A DNA stretch of 62,077 nt, counting the filler. It is 14 parts of 14 records of this genome, joined end to end, with 100 filler letters (N's around TTAATTAATTAA, not from the genome) between each part and the next. Parts side by side here need not be neighbours in the genome. Positions count along the whole stretch, not along the records: positions 1 to 3,870 come from SRR11831586_168; positions 3,971 to 14,466 come from SRR11831586_179; 12 more parts are not named here. One strand, given 5' to 3'. Positions within the stretch are counted from its first letter, which is position 1. Every line of letters starts with the position of its first letter. The position numbers and the translations under genes were made by a program. Below, piece after piece: positions 1 to 11,531 of the stretch. The notes beneath the pieces were generated by a model. That model searched no databases, had not been told where the DNA came from, and saw nothing but the letters and a program-made list of their open reading frames with translations.

Positions 1-28
1 GCGGCGTGAACGCCTTATCCGGCCTACG
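1..28. repeat. REP (PU) palindromic element, partial
   Basis: GCGGCGTGAACGCCTTATCCGGCCTAC matches the enterobacterial REP consensus; lies downstream of ybaQ. Confidence 0.9.
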
Positions 29-49
29 AGATGAAGCGATGTTTTGGCC

Positions 50-391
50 TTACGCGACCTTTTTTGCACGCTCTTCACGGCGTGCCAAATATTCAGCCAC
101 TGTTTCAATCCGTCCCAATTCTTCCTGGGTGCGCATGTTGTTTTCAACTTCCCAAAGATCAACCGCCGCCTGGAGGTTTAGCCAAAAATCGACTGTGGTA
201 TCAAAAACTTTCGCCAGACGAAATGCCATCTCAGTAGTGAGTTTACGATTGTTATTGATCAGTGCACTGACGCTATTACGATGAACATGCAGCAACTCTG
301 CTAACTCATTGATTTTCAAATCGAGCGGTTCCAGATATTCATAGAGAAGAATATCTCCGGGTGTCGTCGGTTTTCTTGTTGCCTGTTTCAT
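50..391 (-). CDS. ybaQ: HigA-like Xre HTH protein YbaQ
   Basis: MKQATRKPTTPGDILLYEYL...FWLNLQ, HigA-type HTH; start taken at the internal Met of ORF 50..445; synteny with ybaP. Confidence 0.9.
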   Translation of the reverse strand: MKQATRKPTTPGDILLYEYLEPLDLKINELAELLHVHRNSVSALINNNRKLTTEMAFRLAKVFDTTVDFWLNLQAAVDLWEVENNMRTQEELGRIETVAEYLARREERAKKVA

Positions 392-528
392 GGTTTTTAA
401 CTGTTGCTTCCTTGTGAATAGCGATGCAAGAACATACTGAATCATACAAACACATTAAACAAGTCTCCAACTCCATTTGCGCCATCCCTCACCGCGCGCT
501 AGCATGATATTTCACAAAGGGAGGTCGT

Positions 529-1323
529 ATGGATCTGTTGTACCGGGTAAAAACGCTTTGGGCCGCGCTGCGCGGTAATCATTACACCTGGCCTGCCATC
601 GATATCACCCTCCCCGGCAATCGCCATTTTCATCTGATTGGCAGTATTCATATGGGTAGCCACGATATGGCTCCCCTGCCCACCCGTTTGCTCAAAAAGC
701 TCAAAAACGCCGATGCGCTGATCGTCGAGGCGGATGTTTCCACCAGCGATACGCCTTTTGCTAATTTGCCTGCCTGCGAGGCGCTGGAAGAGCGCATTAG
801 CGAGGAGCAACTCCAAAACCTGCAGCACATTAGCCAGGAGATGGGCATTTCTCCCTCACTCTTTTCTACCCAACCGCTGTGGCAAATCGCGATGGTTCTT
901 CAGGCGACGCAGGCACAAAAACTGGGGCTGCGGGCAGAATACGGTATCGATTACCAGCTATTGCAGGCGGCGAAGCAACAACATAAACCCGTGATTGAAC
1001 TGGAAGGGGCTGAAAACCAGATTGCCATGTTGCTCCAGCTCCCTGACAAAGGACTGGCGCTGCTGGACGATACGCTGACCCACTGGCATACCAACGCACG
1101 GTTGCTGCAACAAATGATGAGCTGGTGGCTGAATGCACCGCCGCAAAATAATGATATAACGCTGCCCAATACGTTCAGTCAGTCGCTGTACGATGTGCTG
1201 ATGCATCAGCGAAATCTCGCCTGGCGGGATAAATTACGCGCCATGCCGCCGGGGCGATATGTGGTCGCGGTCGGTGCACTACACCTGTATGGAGAAGGGA
1301 ATTTGCCGCAAATGTTGCGCTAA
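529..1323 (+). CDS. ybaP: TraB/GumN family protein YbaP
   Basis: 264-aa ORF with LIGSIH and VAVGALHL motifs; E. coli synteny. Confidence 0.93.
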   Translation: MDLLYRVKTLWAALRGNHYTWPAIDITLPGNRHFHLIGSIHMGSHDMAPLPTRLLKKLKNADALIVEADVSTSDTPFANLPACEALEERISEEQLQNLQHISQEMGISPSLFSTQPLWQIAMVLQATQAQKLGLRAEYGIDYQLLQAAKQQHKPVIELEGAENQIAMLLQLPDKGLALLDDTLTHWHTNARLLQQMMSWWLNAPPQNNDITLPNTFSQSLYDVLMHQRNLAWRDKLRAMPPGRYVVAVGALHLYGEGNLPQMLR

Positions 1324-1405
1324 AAAAATGGCCAATATCGCTATTGGCCCGTCAAAGAGGAATTTCATTTTTTTATTATTATGCCGTCACTTTAAGCGAC
1401 GGTGT
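1322..1405 (-). ncRNA. chiX: Hfq-dependent sRNA ChiX (SroB/MicM) including its intrinsic terminator
   Basis: Minus strand reads ACACCGTCGCTTAAAGTGACGGCATAATAAT...TTCCTCTTTGACGGGCCAATAGCGATATTGGCCATTTTTTT; lies between ybaP and ybaK. Confidence 0.92.
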
Positions 1406-1511
1406 AACTCGATTGTCGCTCAATCTCACCATCCTGCCAATACTCTTAGGCAAGATGACTCTTTTTTTTGGACCGCCATCAGGCGTATGCTTGCTTCGTT
1501 TTTTTGTTTAA

Positions 1512-2006
<495 letters not shown>

Positions 2007-2011
2007 GCATT

Positions 2012-2036
2012 GTGCCGGATGCAAACATCCGGCACT
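2012..2036. terminator. Hairpin between convergent ybaK and ushA
   Basis: GTGCCGGATG-CAAA-CATCCGGCAC inverted repeat. Confidence 0.6.
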
Positions 2037-2042
2037 TTCGGA

Positions 2043-3695
2043 TTACTGCCAGCTCACCTCACCTTTCGGTTCATAAACACTCACATCCAGCGGCGAGCTT
2101 TTCTGGATATACGCTTTCAGCACTTCGGCATCAATAAAGCCGGTATTCACATAGCCCGGTTTGTTATCAAGGCGCGGATATCCATCACCGCCGGTGGCAT
2201 TGAAGTTTAATGTCGCCATACGGTAAGTTTTCGCCGGATCGACCGGTTCGCCTTTGATTTTAAGGTCGTTCAGTTTGCCGTCTTTCGCCACAAAGCTAAC
2301 GTTGGCAAATTGCGGGTAGGCACCTGAATCTGGCTTCATCTGCGCGACGGCGGTCAGGTAATCAATCACCTCTTTACCGGTCATGTCGGCATACACCACC
2401 ACATTGCCGAATGGCTGCACTTTCAGCACGTTTTTATAGCTGATATCGCCTGCTTCGATAGAATCACGAATTCCGCCTCCGCTCATCACCGCAAAGTCGG
2501 CACCAGTGCGATCCATTTGGGCTGCCAGAATCAACCGCCCCATATTGGTCTGTACAAAACGCACTTTGTCACGATCGCCTTCCAGACGACCATTGGTTTC
2601 GCCTATTTTCACTTCCAGCTGCGCTTTGCCTTTGTTCTGGAACGGTGATAACAGCGAGATCATTTGCTGGTTTTCAGCGATTTCAGGAGTGTAAAGCACG
2701 CGCTCGCTTTTCCCGTCTTCCCAGGTCACTTTCTTCTTCAGGTTCACCGGAATCAGCTGGTAGTTAACCATTTTCATTTCGCCATTACGAAACTCAAAAT
2801 CAGCCCGTCCCACGTATTTGCCCCACTCATGCGCCTGCACAATCCAGATGCCGTTTTGTTGATCTGGTTTGCATGGCGTACCCGGCACGTAATCGACCTG
2901 TTTTTTGTTTTCTGCCGCCATGCAGACCGGATCTTGCGAGTGACCACCGACGATCATCGCCAGCGATCCGGCAGGCAGCGCGCGTGCCATCTCCACATCG
3001 CCCGGTGCGTTAGAGCCGTGCTCACCATTATCGTAATGCCCCATATGGGTCGCCGCGATAATAATGTCTGGCTTTTCTGTCTGTTGCAGCTCCTGAATCA
3101 CCAGCTTCGCTTCATCGGCGGGCTTACGAAATTCGATATCAGTGAAGTATTCCGGGTTACCAATTTTTGCTGTGTCATCGGTTGTCAGCCCAATAACGGC
3201 AATTTTCAGATCCTGACGCTTAAACAGCGCCCACGGTTTAAACAGGCGCTCGCCAGTACTTTTCTGGTAGATATTCGCGGAAAGCAACGGGAACTTGGCC
3301 CACTTTTCCTGCTGGCGTAATACGGTGAGCGGATTATCAAATTCATGATTACCGATCGCCATCGCGTCATAGCCCACCAGATTCATACCGCGAAAATCAG
3401 GTTCGGCATCCTGTAAGTCAGACTCGGGCACGCCAGTGTTAATGTCGCCACCGGAAAGTAGCAGCACGCTACCGCCTTCAGCCGCAACCTCTTTGCGGAT
3501 ACCATCCACCAGCGTTTTTTGCGCCGCCAGACCATATTCGCCATATTCATTGCGCCAAAAATGCCCATGATGATCATTGGTATGCAGAACTGTAATTTTG
3601 TAGGTTTTATCCTGCTCATACGCCAGAGCAGTTTCACTCGCCAGTGTAAATGTGGTTAACAGCGCTAACGCCACGCCCCGCTGCAATAATTTCAT
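2043..3695 (-). CDS. ushA: Periplasmic UDP-sugar hydrolase / 5'-nucleotidase
   Basis: 550 aa, signal peptide, LHTNDHHG and GNHEFD metallophosphoesterase motifs. Confidence 0.97.
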   Translation of the reverse strand: MKLLQRGVALALLTTFTLASETALAYEQDKTYKITVLHTNDHHGHFWRNEYGEYGLAAQKTLVDGIRKEVAAEGGSVLLLSGGDINTGVPESDLQDAEPDFRGMNLVGYDAMAIGNHEFDNPLTVLRQQEKWAKFPLLSANIYQKSTGERLFKPWALFKRQDLKIAVIGLTTDDTAKIGNPEYFTDIEFRKPADEAKLVIQELQQTEKPDIIIAATHMGHYDNGEHGSNAPGDVEMARALPAGSLAMIVGGHSQDPVCMAAENKKQVDYVPGTPCKPDQQNGIWIVQAHEWGKYVGRADFEFRNGEMKMVNYQLIPVNLKKKVTWEDGKSERVLYTPEIAENQQMISLLSPFQNKGKAQLEVKIGETNGRLEGDRDKVRFVQTNMGRLILAAQMDRTGADFAVMSGGGIRDSIEAGDISYKNVLKVQPFGNVVVYADMTGKEVIDYLTAVAQMKPDSGAYPQFANVSFVAKDGKLNDLKIKGEPVDPAKTYRMATLNFNATGGDGYPRLDNKPGYVNTGFIDAEVLKAYIQKSSPLDVSVYEPKGEVSWQ

Positions 3696-3870
3696 ACTTC
3701 TCTCCCTGACCTGATTTCAACGTGTTGAAAAATAGTATGACGCGACATCATAGACAAGTCTGCGTCCGGTGAAGATAAATCTGCATCCAGATTAGAAATT
3801 CTGTATTCGGCGTTGAGACTTCCTTCAGACGACGCATACAGGTATGTTAGTCTGGTAATAATCACAAATA

Positions 3871-3970
3871 NNNNNNNNNNNNNNNNNNNNNNNNNNNNNN
3901 NNNNNNNNNNNNNNTTAATTAATTAANNNNNNNNNNNNNNNNNNNNNNNNNNNNNNNNNNNNNNNNNNNN
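3871..3970. other. Artificial contig spacer N44-TTAATTAATTAA-N44; first of 13 (others at 14467, 18507, 20790, 23601, 26174, 37556, 40555, 43502, 48261, 55114, 57763, 59930)
   Basis: Identical 100-bp N blocks with a six-frame stop linker; flanking sequences are unrelated. Confidence 0.99.
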
Positions 3971-4000
3971 TTTGATAAAAATCATTAGGGGATTCATCAG
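3971..4000 (-). mobile_element. IS10/Tn10 outside end (IS10-Left-like), rest lost in the gap
   Basis: Reverse complement is CTGATGAATCCCCTAATGATTTTTATCAAA, the IS10 outer terminal repeat; adjacent 9-mer CACATAGCG matches one half of the NGCTNAGCN target consensus. Confidence 0.88.
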
Positions 4001-4489
4001 CACATAGCGTCAACATTCAATGACATAATGAGTAAAGATGTTGGTTATGCATACGTATCATTACTCTATGCCTGTCCCTTAAAAACCCACTCATTAAGAC
4101 TGAATCCATTCAGCAAATGATAACCAATATTATAGCAATGCCAATAAAAACAATATTTAAAACATTCAATAAAATATCACACACAGATAATTAAACCTTA
4201 AATAACAAATGGTTGCGTTAATTTCAGTTGATTTACGATACACATTTCTCATGAATAATGCGTCATTTCAAATGATCAGCAATATTTACATTAAATAAGA
4301 CTAAACTTATTGAACATTCGCAACAGCCCAAATGTAGGTTTTGGGCTGCAATAGTTCTTTTCTTTTTTATTATCTGTTGTCTGGTAATCATCAATAGATA
4401 CTAAGGGCTTAACCGTATAGATATAACGTATCAAGAGGTAGGAGAAACAGCGCCATATGCAGACATGGCGCGGTTTTATGCAATAACAA

Positions 4490-6523
4490 TCACGCGTCCG
4501 GGAACATCACGCTATGGCCCGGCGCTTCACGATGGAGATGAATAAAGTTAAGGTGCCGCTCGTACTGGTCAAGAATATCGGTGATCACCTGCTCTTTGCT
4601 GTAGTCCATCAGGTCGTTGCCCTGGCTGCCTTCTAACAGGAAGGTTTCCAGCCGGTAGTAGGTCGATTTACCGCTGCGTGCGCGGTAGGTAAAGCCCGGC
4701 ACCGAATATTGCTGCGGCCAAATCTGATAGACAAAGTTTTGCTCTTCGCCCATATGCACCAACAAATCCAGATGACCCAACTGCTGTCCCTCTTCCGGTG
4801 GCAGGCTTTTTAGCTCCACGTACGCGCCGCGCAACCGCAACTCCTGCGCCACTTCTTCCATTGCCGGGTAACAGACCGTCTCCATCATCTGTTTAGTGTA
4901 ACGCGTGCCCGGATAATTCATCAGGCGCGAGAGACGTTTTTTCCAGCTCAGGCGATCCTGAAGCCCCAGCGGTCGCGGTGCGGTATCGCGGTTGGCACTT
5001 TCACGGCGGTAATCTTCTACCTTCAGAGATTTATACAACCCCGCCATCACGAAGAAGATCACAAAGCTGAACGGCAGCCCCATAATCACCGTGGTGTTTT
5101 GCAGCGCGGATATCCCGTTAGTCATCAGCATGCCGAGCGTCAGCAGGCCAATCGCCACCGACCAGAAGACGCGCAGCCAGCCGGGGGCGTCGCTGTTGAT
5201 ATCTTTAAGCTGCGAGGTGAAATTCCCCAGCACCAGCGCCCCGGAGTCCGCCGAGGTCACATAAAACAGCAGGCCAGTAATGGTGGCGACGGAGGCGCTA
5301 AAGGTAAACGCCGGATACTGCGCCAGCAGGCTGTAGAAGCCGCGCTCCGGATGGACCATCGCTTCCTCGGCAAATGCCGCGCCGCCGTGGATGATTTCAT
5401 ACAGCGCGCTATTGCCGAACACCGAGAGCCATAACAGCGTGAAGGTAAACGGAATAATCAACGTGCCCAGCACGAACTGGCGAATGGTACGCCCACGCGA
5501 GATACGCGCCAGGAACAAGCCGACAAACGGCGACCATGCCACCCACCATGCCCAGAAGAAGAGCGTCCAGTTATTCATCCACTCAACCGGACGGTCGAAG
5601 GCAAAACTGTTGAGCGTCATGCCCATAAAGCGATTCACATAGTCGCCAACATTCAGCACCAGTGCATTAAGCAGGAACGAAGTGTCGCCCATAAACAATA
5701 CGAACAGGATCAATCCCAGCGCCAGCGCGACATTAAGCTCCGATAACACGCGAATGCCCTTATCGACACCGGAGGTGACAGAGATCGTGGCGATTATCAC
5801 CGACAAGGCGATCAGTGCCGCTTTCGCCGCCATCGAATCGGGAATATCAAACAGTACGCTCAAGCCATAGTTAAGCTGCACCACACCGATACCGAGCGTA
5901 GTGGCAATACCGAAGATAGTGCCGATCACCGCTGCAATATCCACTGAGTGACCTATCGGCCCGTTAATCCGTTTACCGAAGATCGGGTACAGCGCCGAGC
6001 GGATGGTGAGCGGCAAATTATAACGATAGCTAAAGTATCCGAGCGCCATGCCCATCAGCGCATACATCGACCAGCCGGTTAAGCCGTAGTGAAACAGCGT
6101 CCAGACCATCGCCTGACGCGCGGCCTCAATCGTCTGTCCCGCGCCTTCCGGCGGCTGCATATACTGCGTTACCGGTTCGGCTACGGAGAAGAACATCAGG
6201 TCGATACCGATCCCGGCAGCAAACAGCATCGCCGCCCAACTCAGCAGGCTGAATTCCGGTTTGGATTGTTCTGGCCCGAGCTTCACCGAACCAAAACGCG
6301 AACAAGCGATACAGACCACAAAGACAATATAGAGCGTTGCCGCCAGCAGATAGTACCAACCGAAGGTTTTAGAAACCCAGTCCAGCGTGCGGCCAATCCA
6401 CAGGGCCGAGAAGTCGCGAAACAGGATCGTTGTCAGGGAAAACAACAAAATCAGTCCGGCGGAGGTGTAAAACACCACCGGATTGATTTTGTCCTTTTCC
6501 CTGCTGTGTGAAAGGTCTGTCAT
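4490..6523 (-). CDS. betT: Choline:H+ symporter (BCCT family)
   Basis: 677 aa, WTLFFWAWWVAWSPFVG BCCT signature. Confidence 0.97.
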   Translation of the reverse strand: MTDLSHSREKDKINPVVFYTSAGLILLFSLTTILFRDFSALWIGRTLDWVSKTFGWYYLLAATLYIVFVVCIACSRFGSVKLGPEQSKPEFSLLSWAAMLFAAGIGIDLMFFSVAEPVTQYMQPPEGAGQTIEAARQAMVWTLFHYGLTGWSMYALMGMALGYFSYRYNLPLTIRSALYPIFGKRINGPIGHSVDIAAVIGTIFGIATTLGIGVVQLNYGLSVLFDIPDSMAAKAALIALSVIIATISVTSGVDKGIRVLSELNVALALGLILFVLFMGDTSFLLNALVLNVGDYVNRFMGMTLNSFAFDRPVEWMNNWTLFFWAWWVAWSPFVGLFLARISRGRTIRQFVLGTLIIPFTFTLLWLSVFGNSALYEIIHGGAAFAEEAMVHPERGFYSLLAQYPAFTFSASVATITGLLFYVTSADSGALVLGNFTSQLKDINSDAPGWLRVFWSVAIGLLTLGMLMTNGISALQNTTVIMGLPFSFVIFFVMAGLYKSLKVEDYRRESANRDTAPRPLGLQDRLSWKKRLSRLMNYPGTRYTKQMMETVCYPAMEEVAQELRLRGAYVELKSLPPEEGQQLGHLDLLVHMGEEQNFVYQIWPQQYSVPGFTYRARSGKSTYYRLETFLLEGSQGNDLMDYSKEQVITDILDQYERHLNFIHLHREAPGHSVMFPDA

Positions 6524-6584
6524 CCAGTATCCCCACTGTTATTGTTACTATTTAAAATCAAATTCGTAACAATTAAGACACATT

Positions 6585-6605
6585 TTATATTGAACGTCCA
6601 ATCAA
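6585..6605. promoter_or_regulatory. BetI operator within the divergent betT/betI promoters
   Basis: Imperfect palindrome TTATATTGAACGTCCAATCAA in the intergenic region. Confidence 0.7.
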
Positions 6606-6651
6606 TAACCGCTTTAATAGATAAACACCGCTGATGAATGGAGTGGCGAAA

Positions 6652-7239
6652 ATGCCCAAATTGGGGATGCAGTCGATCCGGCGCAGACAACTGATCGACG
6701 CCACACTGGAAGCAATAAATGAAGTGGGCATGCACGATGCAACGATCGCGCAGATCGCCCGCCGTGCAGGCGTTTCTACGGGGATCATCAGCCACTATTT
6801 CAGGGACAAAAATGGTCTGCTGGAAGCAACCATGCGCGATATCACCAGTCAGCTGCGTGACGCGGTTTTGAATCGATTACATGCACTTCCGCAGGGCAGT
6901 GCAGAGCAGCGATTACAGGCGATTGTTGGCGGAAACTTCGATGAAACGCAGGTGAGCAGTGCGGCGATGAAAGCCTGGCTGGCGTTCTGGGCCAGCAGTA
7001 TGCATCAGCCGATGCTCTATCGTTTACAGCAGGTCAGCAGCCGCCGCTTGCTGTCGAATCTGGTGAGCGAGTTTCGTCGCGAATTGCCGCGCGAACAGGC
7101 ACAGGAAGCGGGCTACGGCCTGGCCGCGCTGATTGATGGATTATGGCTGCGCGCGGCTCTGAGCGGCAAACCGCTGGATAAAACCCGCGCTAATTCCCTG
7201 ACCCGCCACTTTATCACTCAGCATCTACCCACCGATTAA
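6652..7239 (+). CDS. betI: TetR-family repressor BetI
   Basis: [18 protein letters not shown]..., N-terminal HTH. Confidence 0.96.
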
Positions 7240-7252
7240 CCGAGGAGACGTG

Positions 7253-8725
7253 ATGTCCCGAATGGCAGAACAGCAGCTTTATATACATGGTGGTTATACC
7301 TCCGCCACCAGCGGTCGCACCTTCGAGACCATTAACCCGGCCAACGGTAACGTGCTGGCGACCGTGCAGGCCGCCGGGCGCGAGGATGTCGATCGCGCCG
7401 TGAAAAGCGCCCAGCAGGGGCAAAAAATCTGGGCGTCGATGACCGCCATGGAGCGCTCGCGTATTCTGCGTCGGGCCGTTGATATTCTGCGTGAACGCAA
7501 TGACGAACTCGCAAAACTGGAAACCCTCGACACCGGAAAAGCATATTCGGAAACCTCAACCGTCGATATCGTTACCGGTGCGGACGTGCTGGAGTACTAC
7601 GCCGGGCTGATCCCGGCGCTGGAAGGCAGCCAGATCCCGTTGCGTGAAACGTCCTTTGTGTATACCCGCCGCGAACCGCTGGGCGTAGTGGCAGGGATTG
7701 GCGCATGGAACTACCCGATCCAGATTGCCCTGTGGAAATCCGCCCCGGCGCTGGCGGCAGGCAACGCAATGATTTTCAAACCGAGCGAAGTTACCCCGCT
7801 TACCGCGTTAAAGCTGGCTGAAATTTACAGCGAAGCGGGCCTGCCGGACGGCGTATTTAACGTGTTGCCGGGCGTGGGCGCGGAGACCGGGCAATATCTG
7901 ACCGAGCATCCGGGCATTGCCAAAGTGTCATTTACCGGCGGTGTCGCCAGCGGCAAAAAAGTGATGGCTAACTCGGCGGCCTCTTCCCTGAAAGAAGTGA
8001 CCATGGAACTGGGCGGTAAATCACCGCTGATCGTTTTCGATGATGCGGATCTCGATCTCGCCGCCGATATCGCCATGATGGCAAACTTCTTCAGCTCCGG
8101 TCAGGTGTGTACCAATGGCACCCGCGTCTTCGTTCCGGCGAAATGCAAAGCCGCATTTGAGCAGAAAATTCTGGCGCGCGTTGAGCGCATTCGCGCGGGC
8201 GACGTTTTCGATCCGCAAACTAACTTCGGCCCGCTGGTCAGCTTCCCGCATCGCGATAACGTGCTGCGCTATATCGCCAAAGGCAAAGAGGAAGGCGCGC
8301 GCGTACTGTGCGGCGGCGATGTACTGAAAGGCGATGGCTTCGATAACGGCGCATGGGTTGCACCGACAGTGTTCACCGATTGCAGCGACGATATGACCAT
8401 CGTGCGTGAAGAGATCTTCGGGCCAGTGATGTCCATTCTGACCTACGAGTCGGAAGACGAAGTCATTCGCCGCGCTAACGATACCGACTACGGCCTGGCG
8501 GCGGGCATCGTGACAGCGGACCTGAACCGCGCGCATCGCGTCATTCATCAGCTGGAAGCGGGTATTTGCTGGATCAACACCTGGGGCGAATCCCCGGCAG
8601 AGATGCCCGTTGGCGGCTACAAACACTCCGGCATTGGTCGCGAGAACGGCGTGATGACGCTCCAGAGTTACACCCAGGTGAAGTCCATCCAGGTTGAGAT
8701 GGCTAAATTCCAGTCCATATTCTAA
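7253..8725 (+). CDS. betB: Betaine aldehyde dehydrogenase
   Basis: ALDH motifs [18 protein letters not shown]. Confidence 0.97.
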   Translation: MSRMAEQQLYIHGGYTSATSGRTFETINPANGNVLATVQAAGREDVDRAVKSAQQGQKIWASMTAMERSRILRRAVDILRERNDELAKLETLDTGKAYSETSTVDIVTGADVLEYYAGLIPALEGSQIPLRETSFVYTRREPLGVVAGIGAWNYPIQIALWKSAPALAAGNAMIFKPSEVTPLTALKLAEIYSEAGLPDGVFNVLPGVGAETGQYLTEHPGIAKVSFTGGVASGKKVMANSAASSLKEVTMELGGKSPLIVFDDADLDLAADIAMMANFFSSGQVCTNGTRVFVPAKCKAAFEQKILARVERIRAGDVFDPQTNFGPLVSFPHRDNVLRYIAKGKEEGARVLCGGDVLKGDGFDNGAWVAPTVFTDCSDDMTIVREEIFGPVMSILTYESEDEVIRRANDTDYGLAAGIVTADLNRAHRVIHQLEAGICWINTWGESPAEMPVGGYKHSGIGRENGVMTLQSYTQVKSIQVEMAKFQSIF

Positions 8726-8738
8726 CCAGGAGGTTTAT

Positions 8739-10409
8739 TTGCAATTTGACTACATCATTATTGGTGCCGGCTCAGCCGGCAACGTTCTCGCTACCCGTCT
8801 GACTGAAGATCCGAATACCTCCGTGCTGCTGCTTGAAGCGGGCGGCCCGGACTATCGCTTTGACTTCCGCACCCAGATGCCCGCTGCCCTGGCATTCCCG
8901 CTACAGGGTAAACGCTACAACTGGGCCTATGAAACGGAACCTGAACCGTTTATGAATAACCGCCGCATGGAGTGCGGACGCGGTAAAGGTCTGGGTGGAT
9001 CGTCGCTGATCAACGGCATGTGCTACATCCGTGGCAATGCGCTGGATCTCGATAACTGGGCGCAAGAACCCGGTCTGGAGAACTGGAGCTACCTCGACTG
9101 CCTGCCCTACTACCGCAAGGCCGAGACTCGCGATATGGGTGAAAACGACTATCACGGCGGTGATGGCCCGGTGAGCGTCACTACCTCCAAACCCGGCGTC
9201 AATCCGCTGTTTGAAGCGATGATTGAAGCGGGCGTGCAGGCGGGCTACCCGCGCACGGACGATCTCAACGGTTATCAGCAGGAAGGTTTTGGTCCGATGG
9301 ATCGCACCGTCACGCCGCAGGGCCGTCGCGCCAGCACCGCGCGTGGCTATCTCGATCAGGCCAAATCGCGTCCTAACCTGACCATTCGTACTCACGCTAT
9401 GACCGATCACATCATTTTTGACGGCAAACGCGCGGTGGGCGTCGAATGGCTGGAAGGCGACAGCACCATCCCAACCCGCGCAACGGCCAACAAAGAAGTG
9501 CTGTTATGTGCAGGCGCGATTGCCTCACCGCAGATCCTGCAACGCTCCGGCGTCGGCAACGCTGAACTGCTGGCGGAGTTTGATATTCCGCTGGTGCATG
9601 AATTACCCGGCGTCGGCGAAAATCTTCAGGATCATCTGGAGATGTATCTGCAATATGAGTGCAAAGAACCGGTTTCCCTCTACCCTGCCCTGCAGTGGTG
9701 GAACCAGCCGAAAATCGGTGCGGAGTGGCTGTTTGGCGGCACTGGCGTTGGTGCCAGCAACCACTTTGAAGCAGGTGGATTTATTCGCAGCCGTGAGGAA
9801 TTTGCGTGGCCGAATATTCAGTACCATTTCCTGCCAGTAGCGATTAACTATAACGGCTCGAATGCAGTGAAAGAGCACGGTTTCCAGTGCCACGTCGGCT
9901 CAATGCGCTCGCCAAGCCGTGGGCATGTGCGGATTAAATCCCGCGACCCGCACCAGCATCCGGCGATTCTGTTTAACTACATGTCGCACGAGCAGGACTG
10001 GCAGGAGTTCCGCGACGCAATTCGCATCACCCGCGAGATCATGCATCAACCCGCGCTGGATCAGTATCGTGGCCGCGAAATCAGCCCCGGTGTCGAATGC
10101 CAGACGGATGAACAGCTCGATGAGTTCGTGCGTAACCACGCCGAAACCGCCTTCCATCCGTGCGGTACCTGCAAAATGGGTTACGACGAGATGTCCGTGG
10201 TTGACGGCGAAGGCCGCGTACACGGGTTAGAAGGCCTGCGTGTGGTGGATGCGTCGATTATGCCGCAGATTATCACCGGGAATTTGAACGCCACGACAAT
10301 TATGATTGGCGAGAAAATAGCGGATATGATTCGTGGACAGGAAGCGCTGCCGAGGAGCACGGCGGGATATTTTGTGGCAAATGGGATGCCGGTGAGAGCG
10401 AAAAAATGA
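8739..10409 (+). CDS. betA: Choline dehydrogenase (GMC oxidoreductase), TTG start
   Basis: [18 protein letters not shown] Shine-Dalgarno before TTG at 8739. Confidence 0.96.
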   Translation: MQFDYIIIGAGSAGNVLATRLTEDPNTSVLLLEAGGPDYRFDFRTQMPAALAFPLQGKRYNWAYETEPEPFMNNRRMECGRGKGLGGSSLINGMCYIRGNALDLDNWAQEPGLENWSYLDCLPYYRKAETRDMGENDYHGGDGPVSVTTSKPGVNPLFEAMIEAGVQAGYPRTDDLNGYQQEGFGPMDRTVTPQGRRASTARGYLDQAKSRPNLTIRTHAMTDHIIFDGKRAVGVEWLEGDSTIPTRATANKEVLLCAGAIASPQILQRSGVGNAELLAEFDIPLVHELPGVGENLQDHLEMYLQYECKEPVSLYPALQWWNQPKIGAEWLFGGTGVGASNHFEAGGFIRSREEFAWPNIQYHFLPVAINYNGSNAVKEHGFQCHVGSMRSPSRGHVRIKSRDPHQHPAILFNYMSHEQDWQEFRDAIRITREIMHQPALDQYRGREISPGVECQTDEQLDEFVRNHAETAFHPCGTCKMGYDEMSVVDGEGRVHGLEGLRVVDASIMPQIITGNLNATTIMIGEKIADMIRGQEALPRSTAGYFVANGMPVRAKK

Positions 10410-10620
10410 GTCGTGATGTGAACTAACGCAGGAACCGATCAGATTGAGAGTTACCGTTCCAGAGAGGGGACCGAATCCTTATATAAACACTGAGGTAACT
10501 CTCATGCTTCATATCCAGTATTCATGATGCGGGCTTTTTGCTGATATTTAACCCGAACATTCCTGATACAGACTATTAATACAACCTTATCTGCGACAGA
10601 TTTTATTCTCTGGATATATT

Positions 10621-11289
10621 ATGCGTGAACAAATCAAACAGGATATCGATCTGATTGAGATTTTATTTTATCTGAAGAAAAAGATTCGTGTTATCCTTTT
10701 TATTATGGCTATATGTATGGCTATGGTGCTGTTGTTTCTGTATATCAATAAAGACAATATAAAAGTGATTTACAGCCTAAAAATAAACCAGACAACGCCA
10801 GGTATACTTGTTAGCTGTGATAGCAATAATAATTTTGCCTGTCAGACTACAATGACTGAAGATGTTATTCAGCGAATTACTACATTTTTTCACACCAGCC
10901 CAGATGTCAAGAACAGAGAAATAAGGCTGGAATGGTCAGGAGATAAGAGAGCTTTACCAACTGCTGAAGAGGAAATATCTCGCGTGCAGGCCTCTATTAT
11001 CAAATGGTATGCGTCAGAATATCATAATGGCAGGCAAGTTCTCGATGAGATACAAACGCCTTCAGCAATTAACAGTGAGCTTTATACAAAAATGATATAC
11101 CTGACCAGGAACTGGTCATTGTATCCGAACGGTGATGGCTGTGTAACTATAAGCTCACCAGAAATAAAAAATAAATACCCTGCTGCCATTTGCCTGGCTC
11201 TGGGATTTTTTCTAAGCATTGTAATTTCTGTAATGTTTTGCCTTGTCAAAAAAATGGTAGATGAATACCAACAAAACTCTGGGCAGTAA
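10621..11289 (+). CDS. ykgH: AT-rich inner-membrane protein YkgH
   Basis: 222 aa with N- and C-terminal hydrophobic helices; synteny with betA and ykgG. Confidence 0.88.
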   Translation: MREQIKQDIDLIEILFYLKKKIRVILFIMAICMAMVLLFLYINKDNIKVIYSLKINQTTPGILVSCDSNNNFACQTTMTEDVIQRITTFFHTSPDVKNREIRLEWSGDKRALPTAEEEISRVQASIIKWYASEYHNGRQVLDEIQTPSAINSELYTKMIYLTRNWSLYPNGDGCVTISSPEIKNKYPAAICLALGFFLSIVISVMFCLVKKMVDEYQQNSGQ

Positions 11290-11531
11290 TAAACAACATT
11301 CTGATAGAGAGTGCCTGTATAAAGCTGAAGTGACAATGACCGGGAAGGGAACCCGTTTTCAGGAATGGATGCCTGTCTTTTTCACTGTAAATATCCTGGC
11401 ATTGGTAATACCAGGATATTTACAGAAGAGCAGCATAACCATGACGGAACGGGGTTAAGTCAGGTTGTCCTAAACGCTATTTTCAACCTCGTATGCCTTC
11501 TTCAGGTTTATGTCCAGACTTCATATCTCTC

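Noticed and set aside
50-445. ybaQ as part of an undescribed toxin-antitoxin module
   Set aside because: Known orphan HigA-like gene in K-12; no intact toxin ORF is visible between it and ybaP.
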